NCBI GenBank assembly: GCA_905178155.1
Contig: CAJINV010000012.1
Location: forward strand, 367,271-431,270
Length of the DNA: 64,000 nt
DNA from: Amoebophrya sp. A120
Taxonomy: Eukaryota > Protista > Dinoflagellata
Direction of reading: 5' to 3'
Position numbers and translations under genes: made by a program. The notes below the pieces were generated by a model. That model made no database searches. It was not told where the DNA came from and saw only the letters and a program-made list of their open reading frames with translations. Of the stretch, positions 61,944-64,000 are shown one piece after another. How positions within the stretch are numbered: position 1 is the first letter of the stretch; every line of letters begins with the position of its first letter.

Positions 61944-63362
61944 GCGGCCAGGGCGTTCCTCGCCTTCACCCTCGCTTCGTGTAGTTCCTGCAGCTCCTTA
62001 AACTGCTCCCAACTCTGCATTGGAGTACAACTTGCTCCCGGGAAGATCATCGATCCCAGCGCCCTGCTGCTCCTGACCCGTGGTCGTTGTGTCCAAAAAG
62101 TCCTGGCTCGTCGCCCCCTGCAACATATTAGTACTGCTCTGTTGCGGGTGCATCAATCCCTGGTAGTCGTAGTTGTACAAACGCTCCTCATAATTGGAGA
62201 CGAAGCTCGGCGCAGGAGGGTGGTGGGCGTCGATCGTGTTTTGAAGATGCTGGAGCATGGAGGTCGAAGAGTTGTGTAGTACTGCTCCCGGCGGAGGTGG
62301 TGCCACAGGGGAAGCTCCGTATGTCATTTGATGAGATGTCCACCCGCGCTGGCGCTGGTGTGAAAGCTGTTAATATTATTGTTCTCGGGCACGCCGGAAA
62401 ATGATGAATAAAATCCTACTTCATCTTCATTTACTGGGGAAGTAGGATCATATTCAGTGTAGCTGTTGTAGTTCCAGGAAGTTTTATTTTGCTGCGCCGC
62501 AACATGATTAGGCTGATTGAAAAAAGACGACGCAGATGGAACTGGCGACGAAGCTGCTCCTCCTGCGAAGTAGCCAGTGGTCGACGCAGCCTGTGGTGCG
62601 CCATACTCCGTGATCCTCTTCACCACAGTGCCGGAAGATGGATGTAACGGGACATTTTTGCACTGATAGGATGAGAACACGTCGCTGCAACGTTGGTTAT
62701 TCCACTCAATGCTGGTGGACCCATCTTCATCCACCCACGGCTGGGATTGCGGTGAACGATCCTTGTCGCGGACAATGCTACTAGTGGCCAACATCTTGCC
62801 GGGCCGTGGCTGGTTGAAGTGCAGCCGTGAGGACGAAGAAGTTGTTGGCCCGGGGGCTGTAGTGGTCGCGCCAGAAGTCGAAGCTCCTACCGCACCAGAT
62901 TTTGCGGAAAACGCCGCGTGAAGATGTTGATCGCTGCCCAGTAGCTCATTTTCGATGCTAGTAGTGCCAGAACTGGAAGCCGGTCCTGTGGTTGACGCAC
63001 CTGCTGGGGCGGGCGTCACGGAAGTACTTGAGGTTGCAGTAGTTGTGGGCGCTGCTGGGGCGGGGGCTGGAGGAGAAGTAGTGCTGCTACTACTCTTTCC
63101 ACGTCGACCGTGACGGAACCTCGTCTTTCCACGTTTCCACGGGCGCGTCGTCGACCGTGACGGAAGATCCTCTAGTTTTGACCGCATCCTCGGTTTTAAT
63201 AGTATTTTCCGCGTCACCTTTTGCTGCAACGGGTACCAATTGTTGTACTTTTTTCGGGCTGAACTGAGCGTAGGTACCAGTGGCGAACAAGTTTTGCGGG
63301 TAGATGACTTGCTCGATTTGATTTGCGTACGAGGCCAGCTGGTCTCCTTGCTGTGCGTGCCC

Positions 63363-63547
63363 TATGCATTGCAAAAGTATCGAACTAGCACAGCTTGCAG
63401 ATACAAGTTGAAGTTTTCTCAATTACAAAAGTGGAGTGGTTTGGCAACATGCTGGAAAATGAGATATAAGATAGTAAATCTGTCACGCACGAGCACGACT
63501 ACAATCAATCACAGTACCTACGAGGGCGATAAATTTTGCAATGCGTA
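63363..63547. mobile_element. Introner, family B-like (185 bp)
   Basis: TIR TAYGCATTGCAAAA; TSD TGCCC. Confidence 0.85.
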
Positions 63548-63591
63548 TGCCCCCCTCCGTCGAACCTGTTCTTGAATCTCTTCGCGATTAT

Positions 63592-63939
63592 TATGACCCG
63601 CTCAGGTGTTACAGTCTCAAACGTTACAATAAAATATGGAAATCTGTGATGCAAGAGCGCATGATCTAGCTAAGTCTCATAGGATTGCGCATTACAAGTT
63701 CTGGAGTCCCAATCTGCACTACAATCTGGCGAAATTTGTATTGCAGAAAGTGGAATGCTGTCCGAGTCTGTCATGCTTATCATGCAACGCGAAGAGAAAT
63801 TGTTGAAATACTGCGAATAATACAAACAAGAAAACTAGAAATAGTTTCCGTTACTGTTATTGCTACAAACAGAGCGATACTTCGTTCTTCTGATGCAACT
63901 TGCGTTTTTGGTAACTTGCGGCACCAGCGACTCAATATA
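63592..63939. mobile_element. Probable old introner (348 bp)
   Basis: TAT...ATA ends, TSD ATTAT and internal TGTNATGC motifs; TIR largely eroded. Confidence 0.55.
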
Positions 63940-64000
63940 ATTATGATCTGCTAACGTCGTGGGCCCATCCTCAGAAAAGGCAATCTCAGTAGCAGCGCGC

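Larger units (their letters stand above)
58106..64000 (-). pseudogene. Disrupted 5' part of the 52116-58105 gene (continues beyond the window)
   Basis: Exons join through introners (ARNALAA-YESSWEM; QEQDPRF..EVEDMES). They carry apparent frameshifts near 63553, 63095, 62330 and 62011, a 3-kb composite insertion, and an in-frame TAA at 58106-58108. Confidence 0.65.

Noticed and set aside
154-63575. Plus-strand ORFs
   Set aside because: They are antisense shadows of low-complexity minus-strand exons or lie within repeats; none has independent support.
1-64000. Autonomous transposase for the introners
   Set aside because: No ORF with recognisable DDE, tyrosine recombinase or reverse transcriptase motifs was seen in the window.
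1-64000. Dinoflagellate spliced-leader relics, tRNA or rRNA genes
   Set aside because: No match to the spliced-leader sequence or to RNA gene hallmarks was noticed by eye; no covariance search was run.

Overview
Eukaryotic genomic DNA, about 50% GC, with every credible gene on the minus strand. The window is saturated with short non-coding terminal-inverted-repeat (TIR) elements: 49 have both ends recognisable and 3 are truncated, with ends 5'-TAT...ATA-3' or a single-base variant. Each complete element is flanked by a 5-bp direct repeat (target-site duplication, TSD). Removing an element plus one repeat copy restores the host reading frame at essentially every coding site, usually with no GT-AG boundary available. 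They are therefore non-canonical introner elements. This architecture matches what is known for the syndinean dinoflagellate Amoebophrya; the taxon is inferred, not shown. Manual splicing yields: a 1385-aa MIF4G (eIF4G-like) protein; two paralogous proteins of about 1500-1800 aa built of tandem LOTUS/OST-HTH-like repeats; a protein of about 2165 aa with three cold-shock/OB folds; a tandem family of small signal-peptide proteins; and two decayed genes. A second, separate phenomenon appears at three loci (22.1-23.1, 36.6-41.0 and 58.3-61.5 kb). There, a target of about 33-85 bp is re-copied 2-5 times with patchworks of captured genomic fragments between the copies. No transposase, RNA gene or CRISPR array was seen.
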